DNA from: the human T2T-CHM13v2.0 reference genome, Homo sapiens
Reading direction: 5' to 3' (one strand)
Length of the DNA stretch: 64,000 bases
Assembly (NCBI RefSeq): GCF_009914755.1
Contig: NC_060937.1
The position numbers and the translations under genes were made by a program. Below, piece after piece: positions 52,600 to 64,000 of the stretch. How positions within the stretch are numbered: the first letter of the stretch is position 1; each line of letters starts with the position of its first letter. The notes beneath the pieces were generated by a model. That model was not told the DNA's origin, ran no database searches, and was given only the letters and a program-made list of their open reading frames with translations.

Positions 52600-54135
52600 A
52601 TATTTTTCCCTCTACTCACAGAGAGTGAACTCTTTTCTAATGTCCAAATCACCGCAAATCCCATCCACTTTTAAATTGCTCATTTCCGTTCTCTTCTGTA
52701 TTTTAAAAACTGGTTTTCTCTACTGGAAAATTTTAACTAATATCTAAACTGGCTACAATATCTTTCATTTTGAAAAAGAGCACACACTTGTCCTCCAACT
52801 TCATTTCATTTTCTTTCTTCTCTGCATATTTTTTTGTTTTTACCATAGCTTTTTAAAAAAGTATTCCACACACATAGTCTCTATTTCATCTATCACTCAA
52901 TTCACCAATCAACCCAATCTATACTGATTTTAGCAATTAATTATTAGTCATCAAGTTATATTCACACTAAACATGGAACATAATTTATATATATATCACA
53001 ACTTGCGATAATATAGTTATAGTTCATAGTAATGATTAACATATTAAAGATTAATTTATTCTTCAAATAATGTCAATTCTCTTTAGTTTTCTGTAAGCAT
53101 GCATTACATTTTTTACAAAATCTACTTTTCCAACATTTTTCTTATTTCTCTCTTACATTTCTTTTCCTTCTTAGTCCCCTTTGCTAGCTACTTCTTTTAC
53201 CACCTTTTAAAGTTTCCTCTGGTTTAGTCCTGAACTCTCTTTATTTCTCACTCTCTATTGACTCACTAGAAAATCTTGGCTGTCCTCATGGGTGTAGATG
53301 TCATTTTATACCAGTGGTGCTGAAGTTGTGTTGCTAGGTCATATCTTACTTCTAAGTTTCAAGCAATATATTCAAATGCTTATTTAACATTTCTACATTT
53401 ATATTACATTCACACATTAGCTTGCCCAAACTTAAAATCTTTATATAATCTGCCTTTCTCATCTGCTTTACTTTCTACATTCTGTGCTTTCAATTTCCAA
53501 ATAGATGTAAAGCTTTTCATGTCTCTTCCTCTGCTCTAATATAACCCTACTCTAACTTGCATAGGCTTTTTTCCCTTCTATTCCTGGTCTCTTCACTTTC
53601 GTTTTTGCCCCTGCACAGTTTATACTCTATCAAGCATTTATATTATTTTTGTCATTTTTTGTTTTTGTTTTGTTTTGTTTTGTTTTAATACAAGGAAAGG
53701 GATATTTTCCTTAGGAGCCTCCTTTCAGTGACTTGAAAGCCAAATTCTTCCTTACCTTGGTGTTTGCACATAAGCAGTCTTCTCTTTCAAATGTGCTTCT
53801 TCTAAACTTTTCACCCAATTAACCATTTTCAGATCTTAGCTTGAACACCATCTTCTCAGGACATGAATACTTTTGTCTCCAAACTATGTTATGTCCCCAT
53901 GTTCTGTGATCTCCAAAACCTGTAAGCCTCTTTGTACTAGTAATACGACATTCATTTATCGATCTATCTCCCTGTTTATTGCTATTTGTAAAATATCTGT
54001 ACTTTCCACTAGAATATAAGCTTCTTGATGGCAGCAATCTTGCCTATCTTTGTTAATGTATCCCTTTCACCTGGGAAAGTATCTGACACAAGGCAGAGTT
54101 TCAATAAATAATATTTTTAATTCTTAAGTGAATTG
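52600..54135 (+). mobile_element. L2 (decayed, with 3' end)
   Basis: gtttgcacataagcagtcttctct, cagatcttagcttgaacaccatcttctcagg, ccactagaatataagcttcttgatggcag, tctgacacaaggcagagtttcaataaat. Confidence 0.75.
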
Positions 54136-54579
54136 ATGTTAACTATATTATATACTGATAATGTGGCTTTGAATGTGTTTTGTCTACAGGGAGAAACATA
54201 TGATAGCTAAACTAATTCCAACAATTTGTGTTTCCATTTATTCTTTTACTTATTATTAATTATTATGTTTATATTCTGTTTTATTTTTTCAGATTGAAGC
54301 ATTATCCAGTGTGGGGTCAACTTTGGGTCATGAACAAAATAATTTTCTCAACTTCAAGGCACAAACAATGGGCAGTGGTGAATCTCCCAAGTTAGGTACA
54401 ACCATATACGGACTATTCTCAGTGTCCTGCTGACCTTCTCAGGGAACACTCATTCTTCTCATTGAGCATTTATTCTAAATTACTTATGGTATATTTAGAT
54501 TAGGTAGAATTTTCTTTGCTAGCTTGAGCACATACATATTACCTAAAAGACCATTTGTAAGGTAATACATATTCACAAT

Positions 54580-54960
54580 TCAACATAGAAAATTTTAAAA
54601 TTGTTATAGTGCAACCTTTTGTAACTCCTGAAATCTGAGTATAAAGAGAATTTCTTACAGCTTCTTAGGCAGAAAGAAAAACTTACTAACAAAGGAAATC
54701 GCATTAAACTTTCATGTTCTCTTCTCAAACATTAGAAGCTAAATAAGAATAGAGTAGCATCTATCAACCAATGAGAGAAAGGGTCAGAAATGTAAAACCC
54801 TGTAACAGTCAAAGTAAAATTCACCTGCCATTGTAAAATAAACTCACTGGAGTGCATGCAAGAACTCAGACCATATTTCATTCATCCCTCTTGTCTATGG
54901 ATAATGCTTGGAGAAAGATCCTGACCTGATACAAATAAATTCTTCCTAAAACTACAAGTG
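54580..54960 (+). mobile_element. HAL1 / L1 ORF1-like relic
   Basis: taaagagaatttcttacagcttcttaggcagaaa; catgcaagaactcaga. Confidence 0.55.
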
Positions 54961-54994
54961 GAGAAAAATATTATAAATAGTAAAACTTTACCTC

Positions 54995-55062
54995 ATATAT
55001 ATGGTGTGTGTTTGTGTGTCTAAATATATGTATATATATGTGTGTGTGTGTATATATATATA
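54995..55062. repeat. (TG)n/(TA)n compound microsatellite
   Basis: Alternating TG and TA runs. Confidence 0.85.
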
Positions 55063-55199
55063 TCCTGCACATTTATGGGATGTACAAAAAATTATACTCC
55101 TATTAAAATATTCTAAACAGAGTGGATATTTCCAGAGGTCTTGACAACGATTACACAAGTGAACCCCTTTTGGTGCTTTAATAAATGATAGCTGTCCTA

Positions 55200-55423
55200 C
55201 TTTTAGTTTTTTGAGGAGCTTCCATACCACTTTTCATAATGGCCAACCAATTTACATTCCCACCGATGATGTGCAGCCACCGTTTCTTTTTTTCCACATC
55301 CTTGCCAACATGTGTTATCTTTAAGGTTTTCATACTAGTTTTTCTAAGAAGTGTGAGGTGATATCTCAATGTAGTTTTCATTTGCATTTCCCTGAAAATC
55401 AGCGATTAGCACCATTTCATATA
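55200..55423 (-). mobile_element. L1MA/MB ORF2-end segment, inverted
   Basis: ttttgaggagcttccatac...ccaatttacattccc...gtgaggtgatatctcaatgtagttttcatttgcatttccctga. Confidence 0.9.
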
Positions 55424-55634
55424 TAGTGAAACTCATAACACAAGTTATCCAGAGTTGGGAAGGAAGAAATGGGGAAATGTTAATCAAAGGGTACAAAGTT
55501 TCACTTATACAAAATGAATACATGGGGATCTAAGGTATAGCAATGTGATTATAGTTAACAATACTGTATTATAAATTTATATTTGCTAACACTTAATCTA
55601 AGTGTTCCTATCACAAAAAAGAAAAAAAAAATGG

Positions 55635-55996
<362 letters not shown>

Positions 55997-56000
55997 TTGT

Positions 56001-56323
56001 AGCCTGGCACAGTGGCTTACACTTGTAATTTCAACATTTTGGGAGGCTAAGGCAGGAGGATGATTTGAGTCCAGTATTTCAAGACTAGCCTTGGCAATAT
56101 AGTGAGACCTCATCTGTATAAAAAATACAAAAATTAGCTGGGAGTGGTGGTGCATGCTTGTGGTCCCAGATGCTTAGGAGGCTGAGGCAGCAGGATTGAT
56201 TGAGTCCAGGAAGCTGAGGCTGCAGTGAGCCGTGTTCTGGCCACTACGCTCCAGCCTGGGCAACAGATTGAGATGCCATCTCCAAAATAATAATGATAAT
56301 AATAATAATAATAATAATAATAA
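56001..56323 (+). mobile_element. AluJ with (AAT)n tail
   Basis: ggaggatgatttgagtccag; atagtgagacctcatc; gaggctgcagtgagccgtg. Confidence 0.92.
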
Positions 56324-57151
56324 GGTAAAATAAAATAAATGGAACTATGTGAGGTGATAAATATGTTAACTACCTTGTGGTGATTATTTCAAAATGCATA
56401 TGTGTACCAAAACAACTTTGGACAACTTAAATGTGTACATTTTTTTTTTAATTTGTCAAATATACTTCAATAAAGCTGAAAAAAAAATAACGTTGTCCTA
56501 GATACATTAAAATAGTATATCCTGTGGTGGGGCCAGGCAAGTGTAATTTTAACTCCTCCACTATAGCATCGATCTGCTTTTTAAAAATAGACTTTCTCAC
56601 CTCTTTAAATGAACATAAAACCACACTTACAAACCACAGCTCTTGGTGGTTTTCTTTATTCTTACTGATGTTAAGTGGTTGGATTTTCTTTTTTGAAGTT
56701 GCTCTCTGATGATGAGCTGTGTCTTGACTGTTCTACAACTGTATGCTATGCGTCTGGCGGTCCTTGCCTCTCCTTCTTATACCACAGGTATAACTTCACA
56801 GTCCACTTGCTCAACTGAAGCTGAGCATGTCTCTGGCTGAGATCAAGTATTTTTGACATTGGCCAGGGCTATTATTCTCTGTATGATTCCTGTCTTAATT
56901 TAAGTGAATGTCATAAAAGTTATCGCTTTAGATTTCAAATGTCCGATTTTAAGATTCAAGTTTTAAGACTAAAGTGACTTTTGAGTATACTCTCAATTAC
57001 ATCGGCTAACATGGAAATAGAGTGGCAAGGATAATCCAACTGTCTTGGCAAACTAGAAAGCACTTATACAGCAGCTTTAACTCCACTCACGCTTTTCCAC
57101 CTGGAGAACTTAAGCCATTAATATTTATTCTGTGCTCTTTCTGTGCCAAGT

Positions 57152-57323
57152 TAGGGTTACCAGATGCCCAGTTAAATTTGCATTTGAAAAAAAATACCTA
57201 TTTTTAGTATTAGTGTGTCCCAAATATTTCATGGGACATAACTAAAATGTTATTTGCTGTTTTTCTGAAATGCAATTTTAACTGAGTGTTCTGTATATTT
57301 ATATGCTAAATCTGGCAATCCTA
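57152..57323. mobile_element. MER53 palindromic hAT MITE
   Basis: TIRs tagggttaccagat / atctggcaatccta; internal arms cccagttaaatttg and gtcccaaatatttcatgggac; 8-bp TSD tgccaagt / tgtcaagc. Confidence 0.9.
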
Positions 57324-57398
57324 TGTCAAGCTCTACTCAAAGTAATGGAAGGAAGCAGAGATAAAACAGTACCAAGTACTATTCTAAAAGATTTATGA

Positions 57399-57811
<413 letters not shown>

Positions 57812-59360
57812 TAAAATTATTTTAATGTAAGTATTTGAAAGTTTAAAATACAGAAAGAAATTAAATGGTAAAGAAAGAATTTTTATCATTCTGCTCTTGA
57901 TAGTCAAAATTAAACCAAAATGTACCTAAGACTTTAAAGATGTTCTTGCATATATTAGAATAAGTCCATGTTGGGGTCTGTATGAGGCCTGCTCCAGATG
58001 ATTGGCTGTGCATTTGAAGGTTTAAAACTAAGACTAAAATTCTCTATATTGGGAAAGGGTTTTATGAAACTATTTCTGAGTTCATATGGGTCAAGACATC
58101 TAACAAATATTTTGCAAAATTTTTCCATTTTTAATTATCCAACTTCTTCTTTTCAAGGGAAATGATGGTATTAAAGACAGACTACTCTAGTCTAATATCT
58201 TGAAGTAGGAGGCATTAGGTATCATGCTTCCATGTCCCCTATTATGTTATTTGCATGTCAGTATGTAATACTTAAAGGATTTATTTAAAAAATAATACCC
58301 ATTGGTTTATAAAAAATTGATTTACAGAGGAGAAGGAGAGTCTTAGGAACTACCAGAGTACATGACAATTAGGTTCAAGTTTTAAAACACATAAGCAAAT
58401 ATCAATTCAGCAGAATTTGTTGTATACATCCCAGTAAAGTAGTCAAAAAACAGTATAGGTTCAAAAATACCTTTATTTGTCCCAGCATAAACACACAAGA
58501 GAAAGGAAGTTCAATTTTTTTTTCCTTGATGCTAAAACTCTAAAGCTTCAGGAAATTTCTTTATTACTTAGTACTGTATGTTCTAATCAAGCATAAAGAA
58601 GGAAAGTGACTACTATCAAAGGACCCATAAAAAGAGTTTATGATGTTTCAGAATCAGACAACATAAAAAAGGACATATTCAAATTAGAAACACTATTATA
58701 AAGTGTGATTCTATAAGGAATCTCCATAACAGTCTTAATAATGTGATTAAAGAGACAAAGTAATAGCAATATACACAAGTACTAATTGGAACATTGAAAC
58801 CATTACGCCTCATGTGGGAGACAAGTCATAAAATTCAAAGAATATTTGTAAGAAACACCATCAGACTGGCTTTTAAGTTTTTTAGTGCCTGAGGCTAATT
58901 TTGTGAACTTGTGGTAGCAGTTGAAAATGTTTAAGATAATTCAATTGCCCTAATAACGCATACTTGTTACAGAATCTGATTATGATATTAAAAAATTAGA
59001 AAAAAATTACTTTTTCTCCACTCGGCTCAATGCTACAGTTTAGGTGAAGTCTAAAACTTAAAACAATTTCCATAATATTCCAGATAATCAAACTCCACTT
59101 AAAAAAACCCAAAACTATGTAACAATTATTGTGCTGTTGTGAGTTCCAGGTGGCTACAAGTAATAATAAGTATATATACAGTTCTGTAATTAAAGCAACA
59201 TTATCAGTTCAGCATTTATGATACCATCATTCATTTATTTTTTATTTGGAAAAATGAATTTAAGGTATTGAAGTATGTCATATAAGGTAAAAATAAATTG
59301 TAGTTGAGAATAATTATTTGAGAAACTCAGAGCAAAGCAACAATAAAATAGGAAGCCATG

Positions 59361-59467
59361 ATTACTATGTAGCCTTATACATGTTCTAATATTTGACTAT
59401 AACTTAGGTCGAATATTTGACTATAATTAAGTCAAATATTAGAACATGTATAAGGCTATGTAGTAAT
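59361..59467. repeat. Inverted repeat, 38-bp arms, 31-bp spacer
   Basis: 59361-59398 versus the reverse complement of 59430-59467: 36/38 identical. Confidence 0.95.
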
Positions 59468-60389
59468 TAATCAGGCAGCAGTTAGGTTAAAAAATATTTT
59501 AACCTTTCTAGTGGTTAGGTTAAAGAAAAATATGGTCAATAAAGTCAGTTTCAAAAATATTCGCTGAAACTCTAAGAAGAAAAGTACTTTGGACAGGCCA
59601 ACTTTTATTTTCAACACACATACTCTAGGAGATTCAAGTTTATATATAACAAAGGCTTGACAAATCTGGAGAAGAAATAACCGATATTAACTTGGTTTCT
59701 TTGTTAAACCAACACATTTATTAGCAAGAAGGATAACTTGTTTTGTTTTAATCCCCAAGCACCTATTAACAATATCTAGAACAGATTTTCCTTAAAAGGT
59801 GTTTGGAAAGCCTTAATTGCATTATTCACAATTAGCAGAAGGAGAAATAAACTAGTTACTCAAAAAAGGGCAAACTATCTATGATGGGAAGCAGAAATTT
59901 CTCTCATACGCTCATGAAAAGATGATAAAACAACATATAAGCAATAGTCTTAACAGCACTCATAATTATAGCAAAGAGTTTCACAGAGTTCTTTAATAAG
60001 AGATTTCAAAAAAGGTCAATAATATAAAGGCCAAGTGCAATTCATAAAAAGCAATACTAAGAAAAGAAAAAATAATGCAGTTTAAGTTGTAAGGTTTCTG
60101 CTGGTCTTGAGCGAGATGTGAAAAAATAACTATAGTGTGCACATGGATTTAAAGAATTGAAAGAATGGTCTGCCCATCAGACAGGCCTCTAAGTAACATG
60201 CTTTTCTACACCACGAAGATAAAATAAAAGTTTTCTCCTCCCTCATTAGCTAGTTGGTGTGGCTAGTTAATTACAGGGCCATATGCTTTTAAGGCAGTTA
60301 ATCCAGAGGTAGAACTAATGCCTCATCAAAGTTGAGGAATCTCAAAAGAATATTTTTTTCTGAAAAGAAAGACTGCATATTGGCATTCA

Positions 60390-60540
60390 TACATCATGAC
60401 TTAATGTCTTTTATGTATCATTTTTCTCACCTATAGTTTGAGAATTTTAAAAATACCAACCACATAGGTCTGTTGTAATAATGAAATGGTGTTGATAATT
60501 GTATCTGGAAGGTAGTGAATGATATAAACATTTATGTGTT
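60390..60540 (+). mobile_element. MIR fragment
   Basis: tttctcacctata...aataccaaccacataggtctgttgtaataatgaaatg. Confidence 0.5.
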
Positions 60541-60542
60541 GA

Positions 60543-60602
60543 TGGTGGTGGTGGTGGTGGTGGTGGTGGTGGTGATGTATTTGGTAGTGGTAGTGGCAGT
60601 GG
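60543..60602. repeat. (TGG)n trinucleotide repeat
   Basis: About 10 perfect TGG units then degenerate; source of the poly-His ORF on the minus strand. Confidence 0.93.
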
Positions 60603-61382
60603 CAGCAGAGAAAAAATAACCTAAAACACAGATAAGATTTCAACCAAAAATAATCTTCTAAAGATATTGTTAATTTCATACAAAAAAAGGAAAAATTATT
60701 CATAGACATGTAAGTGAATGTCTGCCATGGCATGGTGGCAACCTATTTGCCTCCATATAAGCCATAGAAGCAAAGCTCTACTGCACCCTCACCTAATTCT
60801 TGGTAGATGCTTTTGATTCTCCCTGGAACATGTCAAGGTAGGCAGTCTTGTGAAGAACTATCATAGGAACATTTCTCATCTACCTCTCTATTTCGTGGGA
60901 GACTCTGTCTCTTACAGAAGACTCCGATGAGACAATTTCTCATCCAACTCTCTGGAGCTAGTGAGGCATGGAAATTTTAGTCTTGACTCACTAAGGTAGA
61001 ATAGAAGGTATGAAACCACTTCACTGTAGTCTTGAATTGGCTCCTTAGTGATGAAACAACCCATTGCTCATGGTGTCAATTATCTGATCCCTCTAGGTTA
61101 GTGTCATCCTTTGTTGACACAACTGACTGACATCATGCTGATCAGGCTTATGCTGTTAACATAATAAACTAACTAAAGTTAGTTTATTATCATAAAGGTC
61201 ATGTTATTTTTTGGTAGGCTGAATATATGCAATGTTGGCAAAGCCACTGTGAAGCTGCAGTAGTCACTGCTACTTAGGAACTGTTGATCTTTTGAAAAAC
61301 TAAAGATTCACTCTAACCTAGGAAAAATGTCTAACAAGGTTTTGGTATAAATGACCACAAATATTTGACATAACTACTTGAA

Positions 61383-61712
61383 GAGAGTAGAATAGTGGTT
61401 ACCATGGGCTAGATAGGGATGAGGGAGTTGGGGAGATGTTGGTCAAAGAATACTACATTTCAGTTAGACAAGAGGAATAAGTTTGGGAGAGTTATTGTAC
61501 AACACAATAATTGTAGTTAATAACAATGTATTGTTTGCTTACAAATTGTTAATTAATAGAGTAAACTTTATGAGTTTTCCCCATAAAAAGTTGTGAAGCT
61601 ATGCATATGCTAATTAGTTCCAGTTAATCATCCCACAATATATAGCTATTTCAAAATAACATGTTGTACATGATAAATATATACAATTTTTATCAATAAA
61701 TAAAACCAAAAA
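61383..61712 (+). mobile_element. 5'-truncated L1MA 3' end
   Basis: gagagtagaatagtggttacca...gagatgttggtcaaag...acatgttgtacatgataaatatatacaattttta; exact 11-bp TSD aactacttgaa at 61372-61382 and 61713-61723. Confidence 0.92.
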
Positions 61713-61779
61713 AACTACTTGAATTACAACTGATGTCCTTTTGTGACAGAATATTAATAGTAACTATAATGATAATATA

Positions 61780-61995
61780 ATAATAGTTAATTAATATTGG
61801 TAGTAATGTACTCTGTTAAATCCTTAACATGCATTATTTTATTTAATCACCAACATATTACCAAGAGTTATTGTGGTTTATTTTGGCTGATATTAACATA
61901 GGTACTCAAATTTTTTAAGTGGCATTTTAAAGAATAACATAGATACAATGAAGATTTGGTGGGTGGAGCATATGAACCCAAGCTTTCTGACTTTG
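61780..61995 (-). mobile_element. MIR with its core replaced by an L1-derived insert
   Basis: ctgttaaatccttaacatgcattattttatttaatcaccaac at left; ggtggagcatatgaacccaagctttctgact at right. Confidence 0.6.
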
Positions 61996-62779
61996 CTGTC
62001 CTCAAGATGAAACACTCTGTTGTATTATCTACCAGAATGTGGAGAGCAGTTTTATTGAAAAAATAACTGAAGAAAACAGTTACTAAAATAACTTCATAAT
62101 TATGAAACAACCAAAAAAATGAGGACTAGAATACCCTGCTAAGTTTAGGATTAATTGAAGCATTTACACACAATTATTAAACACTTGGATTTCATTAAAA
62201 GTGGACAGATGTATACCATATGTCCTTATTTATCATTCGCTTTATCACATATTCTGATCTTCCATCAGAAGAAGCATATGCCACAGAAAACAGAATAGGA
62301 TCAAACTAGGATTTTCAAACAGTCTTTATTTAAATTATAACTTTGGTGTACTGCCAAAAGACCATCTGCCTTATATACTAATTAGACCCATACCACTTAA
62401 AACATACAACTTAAAAACATTATTTGAAACATGGATTTACAGTTTGAAATTTCAAGATCACATTATATTTCCTAATTTAAGAAAATAATTTATCATACTA
62501 GTAGTTATTTCAAATCTTCACTACAGAAAATATTAGAATGGAAAAGGAACAATGATATGCCAAAAGAACGATCGTATTAAAGGTAGTTTTATTTTTCAAG
62601 TGCAAATTGTAGTTCAAAATAAACTAAATAGACAGGTATATCTGTGGATAGGGGTTATGTGGGAATCTTTCCACTGCAAAGAGGATCGATTATTTCCAGT
62701 TTACTACGAGCGCACAGGGATCAATTATTAGAAGAGTATACTCTGGTGGAATTTGAAGAAGGAAGTATTATCATCTAAA

Positions 62780-64000
62780 TATAGAGCTATTTAAATTATC
62801 TATTTCTTCATGAGTAAGCTTGGATAGTTTGTGTCTTTCAAGGCATTTAAATATTTAATTCAATATGTTCAAGGTATTGATATAAAATTATAATATCCCC
62901 TTACTATTTTTAAATATCAGTAAGATATTTATGGTAGCTTTCTTCCTTCTCTCTCTCTGTCTCTCGCCTCCTCTCTCCATCTCTTTTTTCTTCTCCTTCT
63001 CACTCTCTCTCACTTTTTAGTTCACATCCATCCATATGCCTATAGATTTATTGGTTGTATTGATTTTATTTGAAATACCAGTTTTAATATCATTGATTCT
63101 TCTCTGATGTGTTTCTATTTTCTATTTTATAAATTTTGGTCATACATTACATATTTCATTCTATTTGCCTTGGGGTGAACATCTTTTTTTGGGGGGGAGG
63201 GGGTTCTAGTTTTTAAGGTAGCTATTTATTCCACTGAGTTAAACAGCTATGTTATGATATAAAACTGAAATCTATAAATTTCACTCTGAAACACTACTTT
63301 AGAACTTTAATTGCATCCCACAAAATTTGCTATGTTGTGTTTTTATTTTTATTTGATAGTAAATATTTCCTAATTTTCTTTATAATTTCTTCTGTCATGT
63401 ATGGGTTACTTAAAGGTGTCTTCTTTGATTTCTACATAATTTGGGATTTTTTTCAAATATATTTTTATTATGTATTCCAGTTATTTCACTTTTGTTAGAG
63501 AACATACATTAAATAATTTATTCATCTGTATTGAAATTTTTACATATCCCTGAATATGTAATCCATGTTTTATTATTCTTCGTCCACCTAAAAAAAAGCA
63601 TCTTCTGCTTTTGGAGTGTGGAATATTCCATAAATATCTGATAGGTAAAGCTGATTGACAGTGCTCCTTGAATCTTATGTATCCTTGATGATTTTCTGTC
63701 TACTTGCCCTATCACTAAGAGTGTTTAAACTGAAACTATAATTGTAGATTTATCTCTTTTTATTTTAAGCTCTATCAACTTTTGCTTCATGTATTTTGAA
63801 CTTCTCTTATTAGGTTAATATATATTTAGGATTATACTTTCTTGATGAATTGACTTCCTTATCATTATGAAACATTGTACTTTATTTCAGATATTTCTTA
63901 ATTGTGGTTTATTTTGGCTGATATTAACATAGGTACTCAAAGTTTTTAAGTTGTTATTGCAGGGTAGTTAGTTTTCTATCCTTCTATTTATAATGTGACT
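62780..64000 (-). mobile_element. Old L1M ORF2 fragment
   Basis: gatagtttgtgtctttcaagg, gcatcccacaaaatttgctatgttgtgtttt, ctatcaacttttgcttcatgtattttgaa, cttgatgaattgac. Confidence 0.85.

Noticed and set aside
56834-56848. tggctgagatcaagt resembles the U2 snRNA 5' region
   Set aside because: Only 14/15 nt match, the flanks do not extend and there is no TSD; compatible with chance.
60431-60733. 100-aa ORF with a poly-histidine run
   Set aside because: Translation of a (CCA)n microsatellite and a MIR fragment; no coding context.
60700-61190. Possible very old MLT/ERVL LTR
   Set aside because: Only weak motif resemblance; family and boundaries cannot be supported by eye.
61360-61375. aatatttgacataact resembles the hairpin arm tip at 59388
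   Set aside because: Short, AT-rich and needs a gap; cannot be told from chance.

Overview
AT-rich, repeat-dense simian-primate (human-like) genomic DNA with no recognisable protein-coding gene, RNA gene or CRISPR array. It reads as gene desert or a large intron. Nearly all listed ORFs are Alu, MaLR or low-complexity artefacts; the one ORF with real protein homology is a decayed HSMAR2 mariner transposase fragment. The window holds Alus (J, S and Y types), old L1/HAL1/L2/MIR relics, MaLR and ERV LTRs, a MER53 MITE and microsatellites. The most informative structures are: (1) a three-level nest at 34.5-38.7 kb (HSMAR2 > full THE1B provirus > LTR6B-like solo LTR), with exact TSDs on both inner insertions, followed by an MSTA provirus carrying an inverted THE1 solo LTR; (2) a 38-bp-arm inverted repeat at 59361-59467 outside any recognised TE, with template-switch hallmarks and pre-miRNA-like geometry; (3) a 51-bp near-perfect copy of L1 sequence from 63901-63951 inserted into a MIR 2 kb away; (4) a 5'-inverted (twin-primed) L1; (5) a perfect 30-bp palindrome. 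I see no evidence of a new multi-gene system. Subfamily names come from recalled consensus motifs and need RepeatMasker/Dfam confirmation. Boundaries of old elements are approximate.
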